Positions 20,175 through 28,802 of a stretch of DNA of 64,000 nucleotides are shown here, piece by piece. The notes beneath the pieces are model-generated. The model saw only the letters and a list, made by a program, of their open reading frames with translations. It was not told the origin of the DNA and did no database searches. A program made the translations under genes and the position numbers. The DNA comes from Prochlorococcus sp. AG-459-E08 (lineage in GTDB: Bacteria > Cyanobacteriota > Cyanobacteriia > PCC-6307 > Cyanobiaceae). Location: the NCBI GenBank assembly GCA_003209425.1, contig QCRB01000001.1:44026-108025 (forward strand). The letters are read 5' to 3'. The stretch's first letter is position 1. Each line of letters opens with the position of its first letter.

Positions 20175-20777
20175 TTAATCTTTATAAAAAGAGTTTGTAG
20201 ATGCATCTTTCAAATCCAAATGTATTAAAGACCTTATACAAGTAACTAATGTTGAACCTCCAATATTTTCTTCTTTTATAATCAATTCTTTGATTTCTTT
20301 TTTGGATAAGTAAATAACATCACTAGAACCAATTTCACGTTCAACTTTGGTAAAGGATTTCATGCAATCTTTTGCTAAAAACAGGGCCACACGACACTCA
20401 ATAAGTGCTGCATCAGGAATAAAAGTACCTAGAGGGATCATATTCTTTTGTTCGCAAATCAGAGCTGTTTCTTCCTTTAATTCGCGAATAGCAGTTTGAT
20501 ATGGTTTCTCATTTTTTTCTATAAACCCTGCAGGAGCTTGATAAACAAAATTTTTAAATTGATGTCGCCAGACGTTCATTAAACAAAATTTACCTTTATA
20601 CATAGGGAGTACACATATTCCAGAAATATAACCTTTATGATTAACTTTTGGCTTAATGACAAGAAAATCATTAATTTCTTGATTATCTTGGGAAATGATA
20701 TTATCAAATAAAACATCAAATTTGCTATTTGAACAGATTCTTTTTCTTCCAATAAATTTATATTTAGATTTACCCAT
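20175..20777 (-). CDS. NUDIX hydrolase (NDP-sugar/ADP-ribose pyrophosphatase-like)
   Basis: Nudix box GFIEKNEKPYQTAIRELKEET. Confidence 0.88.
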   Translation of the reverse strand: MGKSKYKFIGRKRICSNSKFDVLFDNIISQDNQEINDFLVIKPKVNHKGYISGICVLPMYKGKFCLMNVWRHQFKNFVYQAPAGFIEKNEKPYQTAIRELKEETALICEQKNMIPLGTFIPDAALIECRVALFLAKDCMKSFTKVEREIGSSDVIYLSKKEIKELIIKEENIGGSTLVTCIRSLIHLDLKDASTNSFYKD

Positions 20778-20907
20778 AAAATTGTTGCTGAAATAAAGTT
20801 CAGTTCATATGGATTTTACTCTAGGTTATTAAGTTTATTTATAACAAATTATCGCTGGATTATTATCAATTAATTAAGCAGCATGGAATTTAAGATATTT
20901 AATTTTT

Positions 20908-21549
20908 TTAAATAAAAGAAGCATCTAGTTCATTCAATTCTCTATAAGGAATACTTTCTTTAATAGACCAGTTTTTTATTAAATTTGATTGATTTGAATG
21001 TAACTGTGACTTTACATATATAAAGTTTGACAATCCACTTCTATGGCCAGCGATTAGATCTGTTAATTTATCGCCTATAATAAATGATTTGGATGTATTG
21101 AATTTAGATTTATTTAATGCATAATCTATCATCCCCGTCCCAGGTTTTCGCCAATTGTAATTATCTAAATTATTTGAATTATTTGGCAAATGAAAACTAC
21201 TTAAAATAAATTCAGGGTATATATCTTCGGTTAATAGTGATAGAAATTTTATTGTAATGGCTTTATATTCTTGGTATGAAATTATTGATCTTGATACAGA
21301 AGATTGGTTAGTCACAACAATTAAACCATAATTTTTTTGTCTGGCTTCTTTCAAGAAATCCAAAACTTTTGGGCATAATGTTACTTTTTTTGGGGAATTA
21401 ATATGATGTACATCCTCGATAAGAACTCCATCTCTATCTAAAAACAATGCCTTCTTAAATAATTTTTTTTTCGATTTTAGAGTGAATTTTGATATTGATC
21501 TTGAAAACTCCTCAAAGTAAAACTTATCTAGATTAATTATTTCTGACAT
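20908..21549 (-). CDS. gmhB: D,D-heptose 1,7-bisphosphate phosphatase
   Basis: FLDRDGVL, VTNQS, RKPGTGM and IGDKLTD. Confidence 0.88.
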   Translation of the reverse strand: MSEIINLDKFYFEEFSRSISKFTLKSKKKLFKKALFLDRDGVLIEDVHHINSPKKVTLCPKVLDFLKEARQKNYGLIVVTNQSSVSRSIISYQEYKAITIKFLSLLTEDIYPEFILSSFHLPNNSNNLDNYNWRKPGTGMIDYALNKSKFNTSKSFIIGDKLTDLIAGHRSGLSNFIYVKSQLHSNQSNLIKNWSIKESIPYRELNELDASFI

Positions 21550-21594
21550 TTATTATTTTTAACTTTTTTTAAATTTAATATGCAATACTTTAAT

Positions 21595-22185
21595 TTAATT
21601 GAAAATTTTCTTTTCAACTATGTCACAAATCAAATGGGATGTAATACAGTGAATTTCTTGAATTAAAGGGGTATTTGGTGACGGGATAGAAATTAAAATA
21701 TCGGGTCTAGACTCTTTCATACCTGCTTCTCCTGAGATCCCAATTGATGACAAATTCATTTCTCTAGCTTTTTCAAAACAATTAAGGATATTTTTTGAGG
21801 TTCCTGAAGTTGAAAATCCAATAAAAACATCTCCTTTTTTTGCTAATCCAGTCAACTGTCTTTCAAAAACCTTTTCATAGCCATAATCATTTGATACTGC
21901 TGTTATAACTGAGGTGTCGGCAGTTAGTGCTATTGCAGGCAAAGGATTTCTATCAAAATTAAATCTTGAAACCAATTCAGCTGCAAAGTGCTGTGACTGT
22001 GCAGCGCTGCCCCCATTACCTGCAAGATAAATAGTGTGATTATTAGATATAGAATCAACTATAAGCTGAGAAGCTTCTTCAATGTTAATTATATAGTCAT
22101 CTAAATTTATTAGATCTTGCAAAAGTTCCATGGTCTTTGAAAGAGAAACTTTTATATATTCTTTAGATGTTAAATTTTTATTCAT
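21595..22185 (-). CDS. gmhA: Sedoheptulose-7-phosphate isomerase
   Basis: GNGGSAA, HFAAEL, NDYGYE, STSG and IQEIH. Confidence 0.93.
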   Translation of the reverse strand: MNKNLTSKEYIKVSLSKTMELLQDLINLDDYIINIEEASQLIVDSISNNHTIYLAGNGGSAAQSQHFAAELVSRFNFDRNPLPAIALTADTSVITAVSNDYGYEKVFERQLTGLAKKGDVFIGFSTSGTSKNILNCFEKAREMNLSSIGISGEAGMKESRPDILISIPSPNTPLIQEIHCITSHLICDIVEKKIFN

Positions 22186-22246
22186 AAATTTGTATTTTGA
22201 TTTTAAATTTAAAAAATATTTTTAGGTAGAGTTGATTGATATAGGC

Positions 22247-23179
22247 TTAAATATTGGCAAACTGGGTTCTTTTTAATAATGGCAAAGCCTTTACTAATTC
22301 TTTGATACCGGTTGATAAATCTCTTTTTGCCTTAAATCCTGCATCCTCTATTTTTTGATTACTTACAATGTAGTTTCTCTTATCAATATCTGAACCAATT
22401 TCAGATATTAGATATACAAAGTCAGGAATAACATTTTTGATTTCTTCACATAATTCACGTTTAGATAGATTTGCTTCACTATATCCCAAATTAAAGCAAT
22501 TTCCCATTAGATTAGGATTGTTTATAGCGAATCTAAATCCATCAGCTGCATCTTCAATATGCAAGTAATTTCTCTTGAATTCTGCTTCAAATAGCACAAC
22601 TGTTTTATCAAAATAGGCTCTGTATGTAAAATCATTTACTAAGAGGTCAAGCCTTGGTCTAGGACTTATTCCAAATACCGTTGCTAGTCTGAATGTAATA
22701 GCATTACCTTTTTGAAGGAGAATATTCTCAGCCTCAACCTTTAGTTTCCCATATAGAGAGATAGGTTTTAGAGGCGATTCTTCTGTACAAAATATTCCCT
22801 CCTCCCCAATTCCGTATCCACTATTCGTACATGGATAAATCAGTAATTGGTCTTGAGAGCTGAGATCTGAACACATTACAACAGAGTCTTTATTTACTGA
22901 GGCTGCTGCAACTTTATCTTTATTGCACAAGGGGGCGCCTGTCATACAAGCTAGAGGAATTATGACATCGCTTTTTTCTATCAAAGGTTTCATTAATTCT
23001 TTATCTCTCGCATCACCTATTATTAAATTAAAGTTTTTATTAGTTGTCGCCATCATTAAGCTCGTTGGCTCATACATTAAATTATCTACACAAGTTACTT
23101 CATAACCATCCAAAAGAAGCTTCGGTATCAAGACTGATCCAATATAACCAGCACCGCCTGTAACTAAAATTTTCGTCAT
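22247..23179 (-). CDS. GDP-D-glycero-D-manno-heptose C4 dehydrogenase, Campylobacter Cj1427-like SDR
   Basis: TGGAGYIGSVL, GAPLC, TNSGYGIGE, CTEESPLKPISLYG, FRLATVFGISPRxRLDLLVNDFTYRAY and C-terminal FAN match Cj1427 as I recall it, along the full length. Confidence 0.82.
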   Translation of the reverse strand: MTKILVTGGAGYIGSVLIPKLLLDGYEVTCVDNLMYEPTSLMMATTNKNFNLIIGDARDKELMKPLIEKSDVIIPLACMTGAPLCNKDKVAAASVNKDSVVMCSDLSSQDQLLIYPCTNSGYGIGEEGIFCTEESPLKPISLYGKLKVEAENILLQKGNAITFRLATVFGISPRPRLDLLVNDFTYRAYFDKTVVLFEAEFKRNYLHIEDAADGFRFAINNPNLMGNCFNLGYSEANLSKRELCEEIKNVIPDFVYLISEIGSDIDKRNYIVSNQKIEDAGFKAKRDLSTGIKELVKALPLLKRTQFANI

Positions 23180-23385
23180 AAAAACCCTTCCAAAACATTA
23201 ATTGAATTAATAAGCCCTAACTTTATCATCTTAAAGTTGTTTTAATAGATAATTCTACATTGCTAAGGTCAAACACAATTACCAAATGAAAACTATGTAT
23301 GGATCTTTTAAATTATTGATGAAAAATATTTTAAAAGTATTTTTTAAAAGCAAACTTTTATTGAATTTTTTTGTTATTGATATAG

Positions 23386-23928
23386 TTATTTCTCATTGTA
23401 AAAATCTTGAAATTCCACAAGTATTGAACTCTTTCCATCTTCACTATTGTATGCTTTTTCATAAGCAGGAAAAATATCTTCTGGCTCATTAAGTTCAATA
23501 ACATTTATAGAAGACAACATTTCTCTATAAGCATTAGACATATTACCAATATGTTGATGGCCTGGAAATAAGGGCCTTTCTGAACCAACAGCTGTTCTAA
23601 CTATTATTTTTGGATTAATTTTACCGTCACTCATAATAGGAAATTTATCTAAGTGATTGACAAGCTGATTCGTTGCACAAAGTAAAAAATTCCATCGAGG
23701 GAAAATACTTATTACCCTTTTACCAGTAAGCGACATACCTAAAGAAATACCTAACTGAGTGTCTTCAAAAACAGGCATTTCTATTCTTTTATTTATGTTT
23801 ATATCTTTAAGAGTATTAAACATTGCAGTCCCAGGAACTTCAACAGCTTGGCCAATAAAAATAGTATTTTCTTGGTTACTAAGCCATTCCATAGTTCTTT
23901 TTAATTCTTCAAAATATTTCATAACCAA
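23386..23928 (-). CDS. ThDP-dependent enzyme, beta (pyrimidine-binding) subunit
   Basis: FIGQAV, EMPVFEDTQLG, NQLVNHLDK and PGHQH; lacks the transketolase C-terminal domain. Confidence 0.82.
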   Translation of the reverse strand: MVMKYFEELKRTMEWLSNQENTIFIGQAVEVPGTAMFNTLKDININKRIEMPVFEDTQLGISLGMSLTGKRVISIFPRWNFLLCATNQLVNHLDKFPIMSDGKINPKIIVRTAVGSERPLFPGHQHIGNMSNAYREMLSSINVIELNEPEDIFPAYEKAYNSEDGKSSILVEFQDFYNEK

Positions 23929-23933
23929 AAATC

Positions 23934-24527
23934 CTAAAATTGTACTCTAATCCCAGAGCCTGCATGAGGCCAAGGCAAATCGTACTCGTAATGGGTAACA
24001 TTTTTTTTCCCCACTAAGGAATATTTATCCATATTCCATGTTTTTAAAGTGTCTGTGCAAACTGATTTATGATTAATTTCAACAATAAATTCTAATGGCA
24101 AGTCATGCGATGTCGCATATTTGTGAGCCTCATGAGCTGCACCAGTTTCAGAAGTCATACCACCCATGAAAAGATAAACCTTTTCATTCTTTCCGTCTCT
24201 TTTTAGAGATAAGGCTGTACCTAAGGCAATAGGGATAACACCTGCAACAATAGCACTAGTATAAATTTTATATTCTGGGTACAGTAGTGTCATACTTTTG
24301 CCATCTAGAATATCCTTTTTTAATTGTTTTGGAGGAACTCCTTTTAGCAAACAGTGATAATGACTTCTCCATGAGCTAAAAATCCAATCTTCTGAATTTA
24401 TATTTTCGAATATTTTTAATAACTGATTTTCATTATTGCCATGCAAATGAATTGGAGCCCTAATTTGAGCTCGATTAAAAATGTCAGCTATATCTTTTTC
24501 AAAATCTATTAAATCTTTAGCTAACAT
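23934..24527 (-). CDS. ThDP-dependent enzyme, alpha (E1-alpha-like) subunit
   Basis: APIHL, WRSHYHCLLKG and SAIVAG; the diphosphate motif reads GGM...EIN rather than GDx...N. Confidence 0.8.
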   Translation of the reverse strand: MLAKDLIDFEKDIADIFNRAQIRAPIHLHGNNENQLLKIFENINSEDWIFSSWRSHYHCLLKGVPPKQLKKDILDGKSMTLLYPEYKIYTSAIVAGVIPIALGTALSLKRDGKNEKVYLFMGGMTSETGAAHEAHKYATSHDLPLEFIVEINHKSVCTDTLKTWNMDKYSLVGKKNVTHYEYDLPWPHAGSGIRVQF

Positions 24528-24626
24528 TTTATTAAATTATTTCCCTGTAAATTAACACATCTTGAAAACTGGAATCAATTAATTGGTTAATAAAAAGATT
24601 AAAGTATTTTTATTTTATGCTAATTT

Positions 24627-24755
24627 TTAATTCTTTTCTTTAAAAGCATTATATCTTTGATATCCAGTATGTCCTTCATAATCCTTAGACAATAGTTTCG
24701 GAACTAGATATCTCCCTATCATCCAAGTACCGCCTGTTCCCAGAACTTTTTTCAT
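24627..24755 (-). pseudogene. N-terminal remnant of an NAD-dependent epimerase/reductase
   Basis: Hand translation gives MKKVLGTGGTWMIGRYLVPKLLSKDYE..., a decayed VLVTGGTGMIG Rossmann start, 42 aa long. Confidence 0.7.
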
Positions 24756-24879
24756 CAAATCTTGAAAAACAATTGTCTAATACTAATGCATCAATCAAAA
24801 CAAGATAACTGCTAATTTAAAAAAACTTTATATTAACAAGAATAGTTATTTTGACATTGTGGTAGTCTAAATATCTAAT

Positions 24880-25869
24880 TTGTTACATATAATAGTGCGA
24901 AATTTCAAAACAGTCCTAATAACGGGAATAAGTGGTTCTGGTGGTAGTTATTTGGCTGAACAAATCCTTACGAGATTTCCACAAACATCAATACATGGAA
25001 TATCAAGATGGCATAGCACTACAACAATTAATAATTTAAGGAAAATTCAACCTCAAATTAATCTTTATGAATGCGATCTCTGTGATTTATCTTCAGTAAT
25101 TCGTACATTAAATCTTGTTAAACCAGATTTAATATTTAACTTAGCTTCTCATGCAAACGTAAGGGCCTGTTTTGAAACACCAGTAAGTGTGGTACAAAAT
25201 AATATTCTTTCGACCCTTAATTTACTTGAGGCTATAAGAATCACAGAAACCAAACCATTACTTATTCATTGCAGTACTTCTGAAGTATATGGTCAAGTAG
25301 ATAAAAATCAAATTCCAATAAATGAGAATTGTCCCATTAATCCAGTAAATCCATATTCAGTTTCAAAATGCTCACAAGATCAGCTAGTTTATTCTTATGG
25401 GAAAGCTTATGACATTTCAGCGATTAGAACAAGAATGTTTGCTTATATCAATCCCAGACGTGCTGACCTTTTTGCTACATCATTTGCTAGGCAGATAGTA
25501 TCTATTGAAATGGGTAAAACAAAAATTCTAAAGCATGGAAATCTTCAATCTCTACGGACACTGATAGATGTAAGAGATGCCATGGATTGTTATATTGACA
25601 TTGCTCTTTATGGGAAACCAGGAGAGGCATATAATCTAGGAGGAAAGAATGCTCTATTAGTAGGCGAATTTTTAAATATGCTCATTAAATATTCCTCTAC
25701 AGAAATTGTTTGTGAGCCAGACCCTAAATTATTTAGACCAGTAGATATTACTTTACAAGTTCCTGATACAACTAAGTTTGAAAAACTCAACGATTGGAGT
25801 CCAATTTATTCCTTAGAAGAAAGTGTTGAATTTTTGTTAAAAGAAGTAAGAGAAACAATGCATAATTAA
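24880..25869 (+). CDS. GDP-heptose/GDP-mannose 4,6-dehydratase (DmhA/DdahA-like)
   Basis: ITGISGSGGSYLAE, STSEVYG, YSVSK, TRM, PRRAD and GNLQSLRTLIDVRDA. Confidence 0.8.
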   Translation: MLHIIVRNFKTVLITGISGSGGSYLAEQILTRFPQTSIHGISRWHSTTTINNLRKIQPQINLYECDLCDLSSVIRTLNLVKPDLIFNLASHANVRACFETPVSVVQNNILSTLNLLEAIRITETKPLLIHCSTSEVYGQVDKNQIPINENCPINPVNPYSVSKCSQDQLVYSYGKAYDISAIRTRMFAYINPRRADLFATSFARQIVSIEMGKTKILKHGNLQSLRTLIDVRDAMDCYIDIALYGKPGEAYNLGGKNALLVGEFLNMLIKYSSTEIVCEPDPKLFRPVDITLQVPDTTKFEKLNDWSPIYSLEESVEFLLKEVRETMHN

Positions 25870-25903
25870 AAAATATTAATTTTTAAATTTTAAATTTTCT
25901 TCT

Positions 25904-26842
25904 CTAATTCTCACTAGCCCATTGATATGTTTTTTTTAACCCCTCTTCTAAATTAGTATTAACTTTCCATTTCAACTCAGCAAAAGCCTTTTCACAGTTA
26001 AGTGAAAGAGCTGTTGGGAAATCCGGTTTATCAATGTTATTTTTAATGCTTAGATTTTTACCTGATATTTTTATTATTTTCTTTACTAGATCATTTATTG
26101 ATATGGAATATCCCATACCACAATTATAAAGCCCAAAACTATCTGATTGATTTATAATGGATTTATCTATCATGTTGACGAGATCATCAACAAATATAAA
26201 ATCTCTTTTTGCTTTTCCCGAGCCCCAGACTTCCAGTACTTCATTTTCTTTAGCATTGATAACCTTCCTAATAGTTGCGCCTAAAACATGACTTTTAAGA
26301 AGATCAAACTTATCATATTTCCCATATACATTTGAATGTCTTAAAGCTGTTGTTTTAAGACCTAGTGAACTATAAAATTCACACATTTTTTCTATATAAA
26401 TTTTTGTATTGCCAACACCAAAATAATTGCCAAAAATTTGATTATTTGAATCCCAATCAAATTCTTTTTGATTCTCAATAGAACTTAACATAACAGTACA
26501 ACTTGGGAAAATAAAATGTCTTACTTTGCTTTCAAAACATTCTCTAAGCAAATATGAATTAATTACAGCATTATCAGTTACATGGATATAAGGTCTTTCG
26601 ATTATGTCTTTAGCTCCAGAGGTTGTTGCCGCAAATTGAAGAAGAACATCAGTTTCTGGCAAATGTTCTTTAAGGACTCCAGGTATACGTAAATCTGCTT
26701 TTATCCATTTAACCTTTCCTGAATTAACGGGGAAGGGCTCTCTATTGTTAAAAACTGCAATTATTTCATTACCATTTTTGTTAAAAAATTCAACTAGATT
26801 TCTACCAATAAAACCAGTTGCACCGCAAATAATTATTTTCAT
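25904..26842 (-). CDS. Fcl-like NDP-sugar epimerase/reductase (atypical)
   Basis: GATGFIG, PSC, SHVL and WGSGKAKRDF; no canonical YxxxK. Confidence 0.75.
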   Translation of the reverse strand: MKIIICGATGFIGRNLVEFFNKNGNEIIAVFNNREPFPVNSGKVKWIKADLRIPGVLKEHLPETDVLLQFAATTSGAKDIIERPYIHVTDNAVINSYLLRECFESKVRHFIFPSCTVMLSSIENQKEFDWDSNNQIFGNYFGVGNTKIYIEKMCEFYSSLGLKTTALRHSNVYGKYDKFDLLKSHVLGATIRKVINAKENEVLEVWGSGKAKRDFIFVDDLVNMIDKSIINQSDSFGLYNCGMGYSISINDLVKKIIKISGKNLSIKNNIDKPDFPTALSLNCEKAFAELKWKVNTNLEEGLKKTYQWASEN

Positions 26843-26859
26843 ATTTATTTTAATTAAAT

Positions 26860-28056
26860 TTAAATTAGCTTTTCCACTATAAATTCAGCCAAAGAGAAAC
26901 ATGATGTAAATGCAGGGCTAACGGCATTAACAATATGAATGTTATTTTCTATTTTCTCATAAATAAAATCATTTTCTAATTTATATGTATTTCGATTAAT
27001 CAACTGAGCTCTTATCCCATATGTTTTAGAGTCCATTTCTATTTGAAAATTAGACTTAAGATTACCAACAAAATATCTTAGTGTATTAACATGAAATTTA
27101 TTTTTTAAATTGAAGCACAATTCTGATAGAGCATGCTTGCGATAATTAGATTTATTCGATGCAAATAAAATAATATTATTCGTAATTATTGAAGGAATAT
27201 CTCTCATATCTTTTAAATCATACCCTTGAATATCTTTTTTAAATACTGGAATAGCATTAGGTCCTATCAAAGATGATTTATTTATTCTAGGGGTTAGGTG
27301 AATTCCTAAAAAAGGTAATTCAGGATCTGGAACTGGGTAAAGGTTTGTTTTAATTTCCAATCCAGATTTTTGAACAGCATATTGTCCTAAAAAAGGAAGA
27401 ATAGTTAGATTATCAAATTTATTAGTGACTGATTTAGCAATATCTAGAGCGCCTGGTCCCGCACAATTTATATAGTTTTCATAACTTAAATTACTGTAGT
27501 CATCAAAAATCAACCTTTTTTTATCTGAATCATCAAGAACCACAGATTTTTTCAAGAAATTAACTCCCTTTTCTTTCAAAGATTTATAAAGCCTTTCTAC
27601 TATTAATTTTGGATCGAAAACACTAGTCTTTGGAGACCACAAATACTTGTCTTTTTTAATAAGGGAAGGTTGAATATTTGAAGCCCTAACATGATCTATC
27701 ATTTCAACCTTACAACCATTATTTAATGCATTTTTTTCAATTTTTTCTAAATTTACATAATCATTTTCATTAAAAGGTATTAGTAATTTTCCACATTCTA
27801 AAATTGGGAGATTATTCTTTTTGCACCATTCTTTAAGTTTTATTCCCCCATCTATTGAAAGTTTTGCTTTCAATGATCCAGGTTTATAATACAAACCAGC
27901 ATGCAAAACTCCACTATTATGTACTGATGTCCCTCTAGAGGGAATAGCATGTTTATCTAAAATTAGAATATTTATAGGTTTATGAATCTTCTTCTCAATT
28001 AAGGCTTTAGCAATTGAAAGTCCAATAATACCAGAACCAATAATAACGAACTTCAT
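26860..28056 (-). CDS. lhgO: L-2-hydroxyglutarate oxidase-like flavoprotein
   Basis: GSGIIG, TSVHNSGVLHAGLYYKPGSLKAKL, YPVPDPELPFLGIHLT, GPNA, GIRAQ and NAVSPAFT. Confidence 0.85.
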   Translation of the reverse strand: MKFVIIGSGIIGLSIAKALIEKKIHKPINILILDKHAIPSRGTSVHNSGVLHAGLYYKPGSLKAKLSIDGGIKLKEWCKKNNLPILECGKLLIPFNENDYVNLEKIEKNALNNGCKVEMIDHVRASNIQPSLIKKDKYLWSPKTSVFDPKLIVERLYKSLKEKGVNFLKKSVVLDDSDKKRLIFDDYSNLSYENYINCAGPGALDIAKSVTNKFDNLTILPFLGQYAVQKSGLEIKTNLYPVPDPELPFLGIHLTPRINKSSLIGPNAIPVFKKDIQGYDLKDMRDIPSIITNNIILFASNKSNYRKHALSELCFNLKNKFHVNTLRYFVGNLKSNFQIEMDSKTYGIRAQLINRNTYKLENDFIYEKIENNIHIVNAVSPAFTSCFSLAEFIVEKLI

Positions 28057-28064
28057 AGTTACAA

Positions 28065-28802
28065 TTACTTCAAATTGATGATTTTAGGTATAAATGTTTG
28101 AGCTTCTTTTAATGTTTTGGGTATGCCAATATCTATAAATGGTGTGTTGATATCAAGGACTTCTGCTGAAACTGGCTCTCTAGCAAATAGATTTTCATCA
28201 ATCAAAATTTCCTTTCCAGAATTGTTAATAAGGTCATGTTCAAAAGGGATTTGAGTTGCTCTTAACCATCTTTTTTTCAAGTTATCTCTTGAAATTAAAA
28301 ATGCTCCTAATGATATAAATTCAGTTCTTTTTTTACTGAATATCCATTCATTATCAATCTGTTCAAACCCTCCATAGCGATCATTCTTTAAAATTTTTTT
28401 TAACATTATTAGGGGCTTATCCTCTTCTAAAGAGAACCTTTTATGAAATTTATGAAAATCTGCTTTAAAAATTGTATCTCCATTTAAAACTAAATAATTT
28501 TTAGCATCATTTATAGACGCCACATAAGCTAGTGCCCCAAGTGTTCCAAGAGGTTTTTGCTCTGGTGCACATTTCACATTCAAATTATTTCTTTCACAAT
28601 ATTTCTTTATTATCTCTTGCCCGATACAAGTAGACAAAATAATATTTTTTGGAATTTCTAATTTCCATGATTCAATCCAAGCTAAAAGCCATTCCAAAAA
28701 AGGCTTCCCTTCAATTGGGGCCATTATTTTGGGTGTATCCTTTAGGACTTCTTTTACTCTTGTTCCTTTTCCACCAGCCAAAATAACTATGTTTAAATTC
28801 AT
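28065..28802 (-). CDS. hddC: Heptose-1-phosphate guanylyltransferase (HddC-like)
   Basis: LAGGKGTR, PKIMAPIEGKPFL, PLGTLGAL, LNGDT and FIDIGIP. Confidence 0.8.
   Translation of the reverse strand: MNLNIVILAGGKGTRVKEVLKDTPKIMAPIEGKPFLEWLLAWIESWKLEIPKNIILSTCIGQEIIKKYCERNNLNVKCAPEQKPLGTLGALAYVASINDAKNYLVLNGDTIFKADFHKFHKRFSLEEDKPLIMLKKILKNDRYGGFEQIDNEWIFSKKRTEFISLGAFLISRDNLKKRWLRATQIPFEHDLINNSGKEILIDENLFAREPVSAEVLDINTPFIDIGIPKTLKEAQTFIPKIINLK

Noticed and set aside
23386-24527. Annotation as housekeeping pyruvate dehydrogenase E1
   Set aside because: The subunits are far too short, E2 and E3 are absent, and the genes sit among NDP-sugar genes.
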